This document shows positions 46,221 to 56,142 of a stretch of DNA of 64,000 bases, one piece after another. The DNA comes from Terriglobales bacterium (GTDB lineage Bacteria > Acidobacteriota > Terriglobia > Terriglobales > Acidobacteriaceae), in NCBI GenBank assembly GCA_035493765.1, contig DATJHT010000141.1, positions 1,249-65,248 on the forward strand, in the 5' to 3' direction. Within the stretch, counting starts at the first letter, position 1; each line of letters opens with the position of its first letter. A model generated the notes under the pieces. The model made no database searches. It worked only from the letters and a program-made list of their open reading frames with translations, and had not been told where the DNA came from. Made by a program: the position numbers and the translations under genes.

Positions 46221-47819
46221 GTGGAGTCACCGAAATCATTCGGACAGGCGGTTGGACAAGCAGGTCAGATGTTGCGCGGGCTATCCGCGTCGCAACAACT
46301 GCTGCTGTTGGCCGGCACGGCCGCGGTCGCCGGAACGCTCTGGCTGTTTGTTGGCTGGATGGTAAAACCGCGATATGTGACCCTCTATTCCGGAATGAGT
46401 GCACCAGATGCGCAGCAATTGGCGTCGCGGCTCGGAGCCGCAAACATTCCCTACGAACTTTCTCCCGATGGTGCAGTTCTCTCGGTTCCGTCCGATCAAT
46501 TGGATAGTGCCCGCGTCAAGACCGCTGCACAAGGCTTGCCGCGAGGCGTGCGCCTGGGATTTGAAGTCTTTGATACGCCCAACTGGGCGGGGTCTGATTT
46601 CACAGAAAAAGTCAATTATCAGCGCGCGCTTGAAGGTGAACTGGAGCGCACGCTGGAAAGCATGAGCGAAGTTGAGTCGGTGCGCGTCCATCTGGTAATG
46701 CCGAGCGATTCCCTGTTTGGCGAGCAGGAACACGAGGCCAAGGCGGCAGTGATTGTGAAATCCCGAGGGGGAGCGCTTTCGGAACAGGCCCGTGTGGCAA
46801 TTCCGCAACTCGTGGCCAGCGCGGTGGACCGCTTGCGCCCCGAAAACGTAACCCTGGTGGATGCGGACACCAACACCCCGATGTTGCGGGGCGGCCGGGG
46901 CGAAGGCGCAGCCGTGCCGGACATGGAACAGGACCTGTCCAGAAAAATTCTGGCTACACTCGAACCCGTCGTTGGACCGGAGCACGTGCGCGCCAGCGTC
47001 CATGTTGAATATGACAGCAGTTCGAGCGAGAACACCGACGAGGTTTACGATCCTAAGACCACCGCAACATTGACACAGCAGAAATCGGACGAAAACGCTG
47101 GTGGCGCTAGCCCCGGCGGGGTGGCAGGCACTGCAAGCAACACTTCCGGAGTTACTCCGCCCGCGGTGGCGGTTTCCTCCGACAACCAGTCGTCGCATTC
47201 TGAAAGCGAGACCTTCGCCGTGAGTAAGACCGTCCGTCACACCATCCAACCCGCAGGCCGAATCCGGAGGATCGCCGCAGCGGTGCTGGTAGATGATGCA
47301 GTCGAACCCGCAGCGGGCGGCAAAGGTTCGACCCGCCGCAAGCGCACTAGCGATGAAATAAAGCAATTCGAACAACTGGCGTCCGCAGCCATTGGGCTCG
47401 ACGCCCAACGCAATGACACGGTTGTAGTCCAGAACCTGTCGTTTCAGGAAACACCGGTTGAGCAGCCCTCGGCTCCTGGCAAGATCGAGCGTGCACGGCG
47501 GGTGTTGACCGAATGGTCGCCGGCTTTACGGTACGCCGGGGTGACGCTGCTCTTCCTGTTCGTTTATCTGATGATGCTGCGTCCGATCAAAAAACAAATC
47601 ATCACCGCCTTCCGAGAATTGCCGTCGCGCATAGAGCGTCCAGGACGAGAGGCGGTGGCGACAATCAAAGGTCCGGGAGAAGTTGAAATCGAGCTGCCGC
47701 AGGGCGCAGAACAGGGTCAGATAGCGGCAACATTGAAGAAACAACTGACCGACAAAATGCAGACTGAACCGGGGACGGCGACGCGGCTGATTCAAAGCTG
47801 GATCCGAGAGGACGCGTAG
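46221..47819 (+). CDS. fliF: flagellar M-ring protein FliF
   Basis: 532 aa with an N-terminal TM, YVTLYSGMSAPDAQQLASRLGAANIPYEL, and NYQRALEGELERTLESMSEVESVRVHLV. Confidence 0.92.
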   Translation: MESPKSFGQAVGQAGQMLRGLSASQQLLLLAGTAAVAGTLWLFVGWMVKPRYVTLYSGMSAPDAQQLASRLGAANIPYELSPDGAVLSVPSDQLDSARVKTAAQGLPRGVRLGFEVFDTPNWAGSDFTEKVNYQRALEGELERTLESMSEVESVRVHLVMPSDSLFGEQEHEAKAAVIVKSRGGALSEQARVAIPQLVASAVDRLRPENVTLVDADTNTPMLRGGRGEGAAVPDMEQDLSRKILATLEPVVGPEHVRASVHVEYDSSSSENTDEVYDPKTTATLTQQKSDENAGGASPGGVAGTASNTSGVTPPAVAVSSDNQSSHSESETFAVSKTVRHTIQPAGRIRRIAAAVLVDDAVEPAAGGKGSTRRKRTSDEIKQFEQLASAAIGLDAQRNDTVVVQNLSFQETPVEQPSAPGKIERARRVLTEWSPALRYAGVTLLFLFVYLMMLRPIKKQIITAFRELPSRIERPGREAVATIKGPGEVEIELPQGAEQGQIAATLKKQLTDKMQTEPGTATRLIQSWIREDA

Positions 47820-48839
47820 ATGGCAGGCGCACCTGCAACCCTCGCCGGAGTGCGGAAAGCCGCGATTCTTCTGGTGGTTTTGGGAGAAGACGCCGCCAGC
47901 CATGTGTTCAAGAACCTGCCGCAGCGCGATCTGCAAGACCTTACGCAGGAGATTGCCGAACTCGACTATATCGACCCGACTACCGCGCTTACGGTGCTGC
48001 AGGAGTATCACCGGCTGACGGTTACGCAAAATTACGTGGCCGTCGGCGGCGCCGATTATGCGAAGAAGCTATTGACCCGGTCCTTCGGTGAAGATGGTGC
48101 GCGCCAGTTGCTCTCGCAAATCTCGGTGGCGGTGGAGAAAAGCGCTACCAAACTGGACTCGTTGCGCAAAGCCGATCCACAACAGCTGGCGAAGTTTCTC
48201 GAAGTCGAGCACCCGCAGACTATCGCCTTGATTCTCGCGCATCTTGATCCCAAACAGGCGTCAGTCCTGCTGCTCAAATTGCCCGAAACCATGCGCGCCG
48301 AAACCATAAAGCGAATGGCTCAATTACGGCAATTTTCCCCGGAGATCGCGCAACGTATTTCGATGTCGCTGCACATGCGGCTGCAATCTCTTGGCGAGCA
48401 ACATCGCCGGGCTTACGCCGGACTGCAGGGAGTGGCCGACCTGCTCAACCGGCTGGATCCGGTTTCCACCAAGCAGATTCTCGAGGCCATTGAAGCCGAT
48501 GATGCCAACATCGCACTAGGCATCCGCAACCTGATGTTCACGTTCCAGGACCTGATGAGCGTGCCCGACGCAGGCATTCGGGAGATTTTGGGACAACTGG
48601 ACAAGAAAACGCTGTCGGTCGCGCTGCGCGGGGCTTCAGAAGAACTCCGCACTTACATTTTCAAATGCATGTCGTCACGCGCGGCTGACATGCTGAAAGA
48701 GGACATGGAAGTGCTGGGACCGTTGCGCGCGCGCGACGTGATGCAGGCGCAGCAAGAGGCTGTGGCCATTGCGCGCAAGCTGGAGGCTGAAGGCAAGATA
48801 AGCCTGGGAAGTGAAGGAGACGATGAGTACGTCCTCTAG
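47820..48839 (+). CDS. fliG: flagellar motor switch protein FliG
   Basis: GVRKAAILLVVLGEDAAS..., EHPQTIALILAHLDP, and C-terminal MSSRAADMLKEDME. Confidence 0.93.
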   Translation: MAGAPATLAGVRKAAILLVVLGEDAASHVFKNLPQRDLQDLTQEIAELDYIDPTTALTVLQEYHRLTVTQNYVAVGGADYAKKLLTRSFGEDGARQLLSQISVAVEKSATKLDSLRKADPQQLAKFLEVEHPQTIALILAHLDPKQASVLLLKLPETMRAETIKRMAQLRQFSPEIAQRISMSLHMRLQSLGEQHRRAYAGLQGVADLLNRLDPVSTKQILEAIEADDANIALGIRNLMFTFQDLMSVPDAGIREILGQLDKKTLSVALRGASEELRTYIFKCMSSRAADMLKEDMEVLGPLRARDVMQAQQEAVAIARKLEAEGKISLGSEGDDEYVL

Positions 48840-49455
48840 CGCAGTGCGGGCCAAGATTGAACCCGCAGTTATCCCGTTTCCCTATCAAGAGCTTTCCGCA
48901 AACGCGGCTTCGAGCCAGGAGGGGCTGTCCTTTAGTTCCCAGGAGGACCAACTGCAGCGTGAAGCCGCTGCGCACGCCGCCGGAGTTCATGAAGGAGAAG
49001 CCCACATCCGTGCCGTATGCGAATCTCAGATCCAGGAATGCCGCCGTGGTCTGGCAGAGACATTGAACAATTTCACGTGTGAGCGGAAGAAGTATTTTTT
49101 GGCCGTGGAACATGAGGTGGTTCAGTTAGCGCTGAATATCGCGCGCAAAATTCTGCGCAGAGAGGCTCAGATCGATGCCCACCTTCTGGCAGGAATGGTG
49201 AGAGTGGCCCTCGAACAAACCGGGCAGAAGACCCAAGTCACGGTGCGCGCGCATCCGGAACAGGTTTCAGCCCTGCGCACATTCTTTGCGCGAGAGGTGC
49301 CGGAGAATCCTCCCCAGATTCTGGAAGATCCCGGCGTTAGCCAGAACTGCTGCGTGCTGGAGACAGCGCTGGGAAAGACCGAAATCGGTCCTGAAGCCCA
49401 ACTTAAAGAGATCGAGCAGGGATTGCTCGACCTGCAATCCGTTACACCCCGTTAA
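48823..49455 (+). CDS. fliH: flagellar assembly protein FliH
   Basis: The call rests on position between fliG and fliI, size of about 210 aa, and the FliH-like VVQLALNIARKILRREAQIDAHLLAGMVRVAL segment. ATG 48823 has an AAGGAG RBS. Confidence 0.75.
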   Translation: MSTSSSAVRAKIEPAVIPFPYQELSANAASSQEGLSFSSQEDQLQREAAAHAAGVHEGEAHIRAVCESQIQECRRGLAETLNNFTCERKKYFLAVEHEVVQLALNIARKILRREAQIDAHLLAGMVRVALEQTGQKTQVTVRAHPEQVSALRTFFAREVPENPPQILEDPGVSQNCCVLETALGKTEIGPEAQLKEIEQGLLDLQSVTPR

Positions 49456-49474
49456 AGCGAACCGTCAAGAATTA

Positions 49475-50788
49475 ATGACAAACGCCCCACGACTCTCGCG
49501 CTACTTCGATCGGCTGGAAACTGTTTCAGCGTACCGCTGGCGCGGAAGAGTGACCCAGGTGGTCGGGCAGGTCATCGAGTCGGAAGGACCGTTTGGCTCG
49601 TCCGGAGACAGTTGCCAGATTGTAAGTTCTAGAGGCGAAATTCTGCCGGGTCAAATTGTCGGATTTCGCGGCTCAACCGTGCTCCTCATGACTTTCGATC
49701 CGCCCGAGCACGTCCGCCTTGGCGACCAGGTGGTGAGTTGGGGTGCGCGGCCGCAGATCCGAGTCGGCGAGGAACTGATTGGTCGAGTGCTCAACGCGTT
49801 CGGAGAGCCAATTGACTCCAGGGGCCGCTGCGCACAAACCGACATTCGCGAACTGGAGAGTGCAGCGCCGTTACCATTCGAACGGGAACTCATTCGCGAA
49901 GCCCTGGGGTCGGGGATCCGCGCCATTGATGGCTTTCTCACCTGCGGCCGAGGACAGCGCCTAGGCATCTTCGGCGGGAGCGGCGTCGGGAAAAGTACCC
50001 TGCTCGGAATGATGGCACGCAACACCCGCGCTGATCTCACCGTTCTGGCGCTGGTCGGCGAGCGCGGCCGTGAGGTGCGCGAATTTCTGGAACATTCCCT
50101 GGGCGAGACCGGCCTGCGTAAGTCAGTTGTCGTGGTCTCCACTTCCGATCAGTCCCCGCTGATGCGAGTGCGCGCGGCGCTTGCGGCCACAACGATTGCC
50201 GAGCATTTCGCGGCCCAGAACCAACATGTTCTGCTCTTTGTGGACTCACTCACCCGGCTGGCAATGGCACAGCGTGAGATCGGCCTCGCGGCAGGCGAGC
50301 CTCCCACCAGCAAAGGCTACACCCCTTCCGTGGTTGCCATGCTCGCGCGTTTGATCGAACGCGCAGGGAAGTTCCGCAGCGGCAGCATCACCGGGTTTTA
50401 CACCGTGCTGATGGAAGGGGACGACGAGCACGACCCAATCGTAGATAGTGCCCGCGCTCTGCTCGACGGTCACATCATGCTCGACCGAAAGCTGGCATCG
50501 CAAAACCACTATCCTCCGATCTCAATACTCGACAGCATCAGCCGGCTGATGCCCGCAGTGTGCTCGCGCGACCATTTCGAAAAAGCGAATGAGCTGCGCC
50601 GGTTATTGGCCGCCTATCGCGCATCCGAGGATTTGGTGCGGATTGGGGCATATCAACCTGGAAACGATGCGGCGCTCGATGCGGCGCTCACGTTGCTACC
50701 TTATCTCAATTCGTTCTTGCAACAGAAGCCAGAAGAAGAAGCCGGATTTGAAGAGACGCGCGCGCAGCTGATTGCTCTGGGGACCTGA
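49475..50788 (+). CDS. fliI: flagellum-specific ATP synthase FliI
   Basis: Walker A GGSGVGKST, LVGERGREV and DSLTRLAMAQREI; about 437 aa. Confidence 0.95.
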   Translation: MTNAPRLSRYFDRLETVSAYRWRGRVTQVVGQVIESEGPFGSSGDSCQIVSSRGEILPGQIVGFRGSTVLLMTFDPPEHVRLGDQVVSWGARPQIRVGEELIGRVLNAFGEPIDSRGRCAQTDIRELESAAPLPFERELIREALGSGIRAIDGFLTCGRGQRLGIFGGSGVGKSTLLGMMARNTRADLTVLALVGERGREVREFLEHSLGETGLRKSVVVVSTSDQSPLMRVRAALAATTIAEHFAAQNQHVLLFVDSLTRLAMAQREIGLAAGEPPTSKGYTPSVVAMLARLIERAGKFRSGSITGFYTVLMEGDDEHDPIVDSARALLDGHIMLDRKLASQNHYPPISILDSISRLMPAVCSRDHFEKANELRRLLAAYRASEDLVRIGAYQPGNDAALDAALTLLPYLNSFLQQKPEEEAGFEETRAQLIALGT

Positions 50789-50792
50789 GCTT

Positions 50793-51218
50793 ATGCCGTT
50801 CCATTTCTCACTCAATTCCCTGCTCGACTTGCGCCGCAGTGAACAGCGTCAGCAGGAATTCATATTGCAGAAAGAAAATGCCAAAGTGAATTCGCTGTGC
50901 CGGAAAATTGCCAATCTGGAGCAGGACATTTCTCAGATGATCAACGTGCCGCCCCACGGACGTATTGGAGCGGAACTGCGGTTTGACCAGGAGCGTCAAA
51001 TTCTACTTAAGCAACAGCGCGCACAATTTCGGGAACAGCTCGAATCCGCGCGCGAACAGCAAAAGCTTGCGACCGCAGCTCTGACACGTGCCTGGCAAAA
51101 ACGTGAGGCTTTAGAGATATTGCGGCGCCGCGAATATGTTGGCTACTCTCTCAATGAACGCCGCCGGGAACAACGCCGGCAGGACGATTGGTTCATGCAG
51201 CAGAGGCACACTCGATAA
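50793..51218 (+). CDS. fliJ: flagellar export chaperone FliJ
   Basis: 141-aa coiled-coil protein directly after fliI (FSLNSLLDLRRSEQRQQEF...). Confidence 0.7.
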   Translation: MPFHFSLNSLLDLRRSEQRQQEFILQKENAKVNSLCRKIANLEQDISQMINVPPHGRIGAELRFDQERQILLKQQRAQFREQLESAREQQKLATAALTRAWQKREALEILRRREYVGYSLNERRREQRRQDDWFMQQRHTR

Positions 51219-51375
51219 TCCTTGCCTAGCGCTCTTGGGCAAGAGTTGCCGATCGGCATGAATTCCCCAACGGCGGGCCGTCGGCAAAATTCATCCGAGC
51301 TTTAGTTGCAACACCATTTGAACTTTCATTCACCTCCGACATCGGAAACCAAAATGCACTGAGATATCACGACAA

Positions 51376-53190
51376 GTGCTGACCAACCTTCAACCTGCAG
51401 CCTGCACCCCGCTGAGCGCTCTAATGCCGACGCCGCTGCCAGGGGGGAGCGTTGCAGGTTCTTACTTCGGGGACTTGCTCACCGCAACCAATATCGCAGC
51501 GAACTCAGCGAAAGAGTCCGGTTCTGCAATTGTGTCAGCCGACCAGGGCACAGTGCCCCTCACTTCGCCCAAGCAGCCCCCGACCAAAAATAAGCCGAAC
51601 CCAAGCGAACAGCAATTACTTCCGCTCTTTGCACCGGGTTTCGTTCCCATCCCCGTTCTCACTGTTCCGGCAAAAGCGATTTCCGAAACTTCTAAGCCGA
51701 AAATAGACGCTTTGATTGAGCAGCCAGGATCGGTTGCACCGAGTCTCGCGGACAATGGAGTACCAGGGTTTCGGGATGACAAAGTAACTCCGTCCCTTCA
51801 GCGGAGTTCAGCGGCACAGGCTCCCGCGTTGGCGAACTCAATTTCGCAGGATGCGCCGCAGACCATCATTAACGCTGCAACCCGGACCACCTCACCCAAA
51901 GTCACGCCTGATCTCACGGGCATGGATTCGGTTCAGAAAAGTCCCCCGACGCTTCGTTTCGGTAATTTTAAGAAGCAAGAAACGCTACCCGAAGTTCGCT
52001 CCCCGTTATCACCGCAAGCCGAGACACAAAGCGCCGCGATGCTGCCAGATATTTCAGCCCCAGTTGCGCCAGCGCGAATTTTGGACACCGCAGCAAAAAG
52101 GCCTATGCAAACTGATAAATTGTCGCCGACGGAGTCGCTGACTTCACAACCAAATGCGCAGATAGCGACAGAAGGTGCGGCCGCTCTCCTACTCTCGCGC
52201 ACAGAGGCGGAGACGTTAGAAGCCTTGTGTACTCTGACCGCGCAACCGAATTTGCAAGTAATCGCGGCGCGGCGCTCAATTTCTGGACCCCGCCCCAATC
52301 TTCCAACATACTCGCCAAACTCCCCTTTAACGAAGACCAATAACGGTGTAAATCCGGTCTCAACCAAGATTCAATCTGCCGCTGAATTCAACTCCAGCCA
52401 GATCGTCGCTAAGAGCCCATTCACCAGCTCAATTGACTCCGCAAAAGCTCCCGCCGCGGAAGGTAACAATAGCGAAAATCGTCCGAACCATATTCTGAAA
52501 CCGAATGCGCCAACCGATGTTCAACTCGCCGCCAGCCGTAAATCAAACAATCTCACTCACGATGCTGAGAACCCGCGGAGCCCAAGCGCTCAGGCGAACG
52601 TAGAAAATCAAACGGCCGGATCCGTTTCTTCGAGCTCTGACCCCGCGCTTTCGCCGCCTGCCGTCACCAATATGGCCAACCAGCTACCGCCATCGCTGGA
52701 CCAATCCTCGCAGGCACCCTCACAAAGAGCCGAGCCAGGTCCCGGACAGTCTGAAGCGGGGCCGGCGCAGATTTCGACCGCACAACCTGTTCAGGTCCAT
52801 GCCGCGCGCATTATCCAAAGCGGCAGCCAGTCTGAAATGCGGGTGGAAATGCGGACACAGGCGTTTGGAACCGTGGAGATCCGGGCCACCGTTTCTGGGA
52901 AAGACGTTCAGCTTTCAATGGGTGCTGACCGCGGTGATTTGCATAGTTCGCTCGCTCCTGAAATCCCAGTGTTACAGAACGCTTTGCAGCAACACGATCT
53001 CAGGCTCGAGCACGTACGTACGCTTTCGCCCGGAAACCAGACGCAACCCGACTTCTCTTCAGGATCAGGCAGACAAGGCCAACGATTTCAGCGCCCAACC
53101 ACGCAATCGCTGGGCATATTCGAACCAGACGATTTCGAAGAAGGCAATCGTTCAGGAGAACCAATAACCCGATTGAGCGTTAGTGCTTAA
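51376..53190 (+). CDS. fliK: flagellar hook-length control protein FliK
   Basis: Long Pro/Ser/Ala/Gln-rich N-terminal region and a C-terminal Flg_hook-like domain (EMRVEMRTQAFGTVEIRATVSGKDVQLSMGADRGDLHSSLAPEIPVLQNALQQHDLRLEHV). The start is uncertain. Confidence 0.75.
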   Translation: MLTNLQPAACTPLSALMPTPLPGGSVAGSYFGDLLTATNIAANSAKESGSAIVSADQGTVPLTSPKQPPTKNKPNPSEQQLLPLFAPGFVPIPVLTVPAKAISETSKPKIDALIEQPGSVAPSLADNGVPGFRDDKVTPSLQRSSAAQAPALANSISQDAPQTIINAATRTTSPKVTPDLTGMDSVQKSPPTLRFGNFKKQETLPEVRSPLSPQAETQSAAMLPDISAPVAPARILDTAAKRPMQTDKLSPTESLTSQPNAQIATEGAAALLLSRTEAETLEALCTLTAQPNLQVIAARRSISGPRPNLPTYSPNSPLTKTNNGVNPVSTKIQSAAEFNSSQIVAKSPFTSSIDSAKAPAAEGNNSENRPNHILKPNAPTDVQLAASRKSNNLTHDAENPRSPSAQANVENQTAGSVSSSSDPALSPPAVTNMANQLPPSLDQSSQAPSQRAEPGPGQSEAGPAQISTAQPVQVHAARIIQSGSQSEMRVEMRTQAFGTVEIRATVSGKDVQLSMGADRGDLHSSLAPEIPVLQNALQQHDLRLEHVRTLSPGNQTQPDFSSGSGRQGQRFQRPTTQSLGIFEPDDFEEGNRSGEPITRLSVSA

Positions 53191-53209
53191 TTTCAACAAG
53201 GAGCTAAAC

Positions 53210-53530
53210 ATGCAAATACATTCCGTATCGTTCCCCATATCCCACGCGAGCACCCTGACAACACCCCCGGCCGGAGCACGGGGCGCTTCCGCAACCGCCA
53301 CATCGAGCCCGGTTGGAGACACCAACTCAATGTTCATGAAGCTACTGACCGCCCAGCTTCAAAATCAGAGCCCACTCGATCCGGTTGATCCCATGCAATT
53401 CACATCGCAGTTAGTGCAATTCAACATGCTAGACCAGCTCACGCAGATCAACGCAGTGCTCCAGCAAGACGTCAGTTCGGCAAGCACCGGCGCAAGCAGA
53501 GCCATCGTCAAGAATTCAGGAGGAAACTAA
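53210..53530 (+). CDS. flgD: flagellar hook capping protein FlgD (short form, N-terminal domain only)
   Basis: AAGGAG RBS. MFMKLLTAQLQNQSPLDPVDPMQFTSQLVQFNMLDQLTQIN is the FlgD N-terminal signature. The product is only 106 aa. Confidence 0.8.
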   Translation: MQIHSVSFPISHASTLTTPPAGARGASATATSSPVGDTNSMFMKLLTAQLQNQSPLDPVDPMQFTSQLVQFNMLDQLTQINAVLQQDVSSASTGASRAIVKNSGGN

Positions 53531-54792
53531 TGCCCACATTTTCGATTCCGTTGTCCGGGCTCACCGCCGAATCCACGGCGTTGTCGGCCATCGCCAATAA
53601 TCTCGCCAACCAGAACACCGTCGGATACAAAGATGTTCGCGTTTTATTTGGCGATCTTTTTTATGCCGATCTCGGCACCACCGGCTCCGGCGATCCCATC
53701 GAACTCGGCGCCGGCACCAAAATTGGCAGCATGCCCGGAATGTTCACTCAAGGCAGCGTGGAGTCGACCGGAGTACCGACCGACGTTGCTATCCAGGGTG
53801 AAGGTTTTTTTGTAGTCCAAAAAAATGGAGGCACCAGTTATACGCGCGCGGGCAATTTCGCCATCGATAAAAACAATTTTCTGGTCACACAAGACGGCCA
53901 GCAAGTGATGGGCTATCCCGCCGTGAGCGGCGTGGTCACGCCCAGCGCGGGGCTCAGTCCTTTGCAGCTTGGCGCGGGCACCATCAGTCCACCGACCCCA
54001 ACCAGTTCGGTGCAGATTTCCGCTAACGTAGATGCCGGGGCTGCTGTCGGTGACACATTCTCCACTCCCGTCACCGTCTTCGATTCGCTGGGTACAAGTC
54101 ATGTACTGACCTTTACTTTCACCAAGACATCGGCAGGCAACTGGGATTATTCCGTCGGCATACCGGCAGCCGACGTTTCCGGCGCGGCAACGCTGGCCAG
54201 CGGCTCTCTCACTTTTAATGGAAATGGAGCTCTCACCAATGTCACGCCTATAGCCGGAGGTACCGTCAGCGGCGCGGCTGGTAATCTGACGGGAATTGCG
54301 ATCAGCGGCTTGACCGACGGCGCCACCAACATGACGTTCGACTGGAACCTGTTCAACGGAACCGCTCCCGTGATCACGCAGGTGGCAGGGGCCAGCACCG
54401 CTTCATCCACGCAACAGGATGGCAGCGCGAGCGGCACGCTGGTGAACTTCAGCATTGGCGCGGATGGAACCGTAACCGGATCGTTCAGTAATGGCCGCAC
54501 CGCGGCGCTGGGTCAAATCGCACTGGCGGAATTCGGCGACGTCGAAGGCCTGCAGCGAATCGGCGCAAATCTCTTCACCGAAACCCTCGCTTCCGGGCAA
54601 GCGGTCGTGGGGTCGGCGGGCACTGGCGGTCGCGGCTCGCTTTCCGGGGGCGGTCTGGAGCTGTCCAATGTGGACATCGCCACTGAATTCGCCAATCTCA
54701 TCGTAGCCCAGCGAGCATTCGAGGCCAACGCCAAAGCCGTAACCACCTTCGATCAGATCACTCAGGACACGATCAATTTGAAACAAGGATAA
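53530..54792 (+). CDS. flgE: flagellar hook protein FlgE
   Basis: MPTFSIPLSGLTAESTALSAIANNLANQNTVGYK N-terminus and C-terminal SNVDIATEFANLIVAQRAFEANAKAVTTFDQI. There is a TAATG overlap with flgD. Confidence 0.9.
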   Translation: MPTFSIPLSGLTAESTALSAIANNLANQNTVGYKDVRVLFGDLFYADLGTTGSGDPIELGAGTKIGSMPGMFTQGSVESTGVPTDVAIQGEGFFVVQKNGGTSYTRAGNFAIDKNNFLVTQDGQQVMGYPAVSGVVTPSAGLSPLQLGAGTISPPTPTSSVQISANVDAGAAVGDTFSTPVTVFDSLGTSHVLTFTFTKTSAGNWDYSVGIPAADVSGAATLASGSLTFNGNGALTNVTPIAGGTVSGAAGNLTGIAISGLTDGATNMTFDWNLFNGTAPVITQVAGASTASSTQQDGSASGTLVNFSIGADGTVTGSFSNGRTAALGQIALAEFGDVEGLQRIGANLFTETLASGQAVVGSAGTGGRGSLSGGGLELSNVDIATEFANLIVAQRAFEANAKAVTTFDQITQDTINLKQG

Positions 54793-54925
54793 AAACGAAG
54801 ACAGGCCGAGAAGAGATAACGATAACGCCTGAAGGCCAATGAACCTTGGGAACCGCGTCGGTGATTGACGGAAATCACGACGGGCGTTCACACTGGATAT
54901 TTCCCGCAACCTCGGGCACTCATCC

Positions 54926-56116
54926 ATGGCCAAGAAAATCCGCGTTGGAATTCTGTTTGGCGGCCGAAGTGGCGAGCATGAAATCTCGCTGTTATCGGCC
55001 GCATCCGTCTTTAAAGCCATTGATCAAAACAGGTACGAAGTTGTGCCCATAGGAATTACCAAGCAAGGCCGCTGGGTGACTTCGGCCGATGCGGAACGGT
55101 TGTTAACAGGCAAACCGCTGGAACCCGAGCGCCAATTGCGCGCCGGCGACCCCGAAACGACCGCTGCCGCGGCCGTCCTGCAGACTGGCGAAGCCGTCGT
55201 GGTTCCACCGGAACCGCACAAACCCGGCGCTGGAATGACACCCTTCCAAACCGAAGCTCCCACGCGTCGCGCCGCCGACCGCGCCATCAATGTGGACGTT
55301 ATCTTCCCCGTTCTCCATGGCACCTTCGGCGAAGACGGCACTGTACAAGGTCTGCTGGAACTCGCAGAGATCCCCTACGTTGGTGCCGGTGTTTTAGGTT
55401 CCGCCGCGGGCATGGACAAGGACATTATGAAATCCTTGTTCCGCGCCGCAGGTTTGCCTATCGTCAAGCATGTGACCATTCTTCGCAGCGAGCTTGAGTC
55501 ATATTCGCAAAAAGCGCAGAAAACGATTGAGCGATCGCTGAAGTATCCCGTTTTCGTGAAGCCCGCCAATCTCGGGTCATCCGTAGGAATTTCAAAAGTT
55601 CATGAGCGGAAAGAATTGGGCCCGGCGCTCGCCGAAGCGGCGCGTTTCGATCGCAAAATCGTGGTCGAACAAGGCGTCGGCGGGAAAAACGGTAAAGCGC
55701 GTGAAATCGAGTGTGCCGTATTAGGCAATGATCAGCCGGAAGCGTCTGTAGCTGGAGAGATCGTACCGAGCGCCGAGTTTTACGATTATTCCGCGAAGTA
55801 TCTGGATGAAGGGTCGCAGCTCATCATTCCCGCGAAGCTGACCAAATCTGAAATAAAAAAAGTCCAGGAACTTGCGATTGGGGCATTCCGCGCGGTGGAT
55901 TGTTCTGGCCTTGGCCGTGTGGACTTCTTGATGGATCCTAAGTCGCGCAAAATCTATTTGAACGAGATTAATACCATGCCGGGATTTACCTCGATCAGTA
56001 TGTATCCCAAGTTATGGGCGGCCTCGGGAGTTCCTTACCCTGAGCTGATCGAACGCTTGATCCGGTTGGGAATCGAAAGACACGAAGAAAAGAAAAGAAA
56101 TCAATATAGCCGCTGA
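54926..56116 (+). CDS. ddl: D-alanine--D-alanine ligase (DdlA-type, long form)
   Basis: KIRVGILFGGRSGEHEISLLSA, VIFPVLHGTFGEDGTVQGLLE, YPVFVKPANLGSSVGISK and YLNEINTMPGFTSISMYPKLW. Confidence 0.93.
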   Translation: MAKKIRVGILFGGRSGEHEISLLSAASVFKAIDQNRYEVVPIGITKQGRWVTSADAERLLTGKPLEPERQLRAGDPETTAAAAVLQTGEAVVVPPEPHKPGAGMTPFQTEAPTRRAADRAINVDVIFPVLHGTFGEDGTVQGLLELAEIPYVGAGVLGSAAGMDKDIMKSLFRAAGLPIVKHVTILRSELESYSQKAQKTIERSLKYPVFVKPANLGSSVGISKVHERKELGPALAEAARFDRKIVVEQGVGGKNGKAREIECAVLGNDQPEASVAGEIVPSAEFYDYSAKYLDEGSQLIIPAKLTKSEIKKVQELAIGAFRAVDCSGLGRVDFLMDPKSRKIYLNEINTMPGFTSISMYPKLWAASGVPYPELIERLIRLGIERHEEKKRNQYSR

Positions 56117-56142
56117 CGTTTCTTCGCCTACGTTTTCTCACC

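Noticed and set aside
46281-47408. 375-aa ORF antisense to fliF. Similar long antisense or out-of-frame ORFs occur at 45356-46147, 45823-46443, 42369-43157, 44609-45277, 12931-13758, 5238-5834 and 57411-57962.
   Set aside because: These are shadow ORFs typical of GC-rich DNA. Each overlaps a gene with strong family motifs on the other strand or frame. Their translations are Arg/Pro/Gly/Ala-rich with no recognisable motifs or RBS.
51236-51250. TTGGGCAAGAGTTGCC, a sigma-54 promoter look-alike in the fliJ-fliK spacer. An adjacent GCCGATCG resembles a sigma-28 -10 element.
   Set aside because: The -24/-12 spacing is 1-2 nt too short, and no TAAA -35 lies at the right distance for sigma-28.
55080-55300. 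Apparent ~75-aa Pro/Ala-rich insertion in Ddl between the N-terminal strand and the VIFPVLHG motif
   Set aside because: DdlA-type ligases, for example E. coli DdlA, already have a ~50-aa linker at this position. This one is only modestly longer, so it is not clearly unusual.
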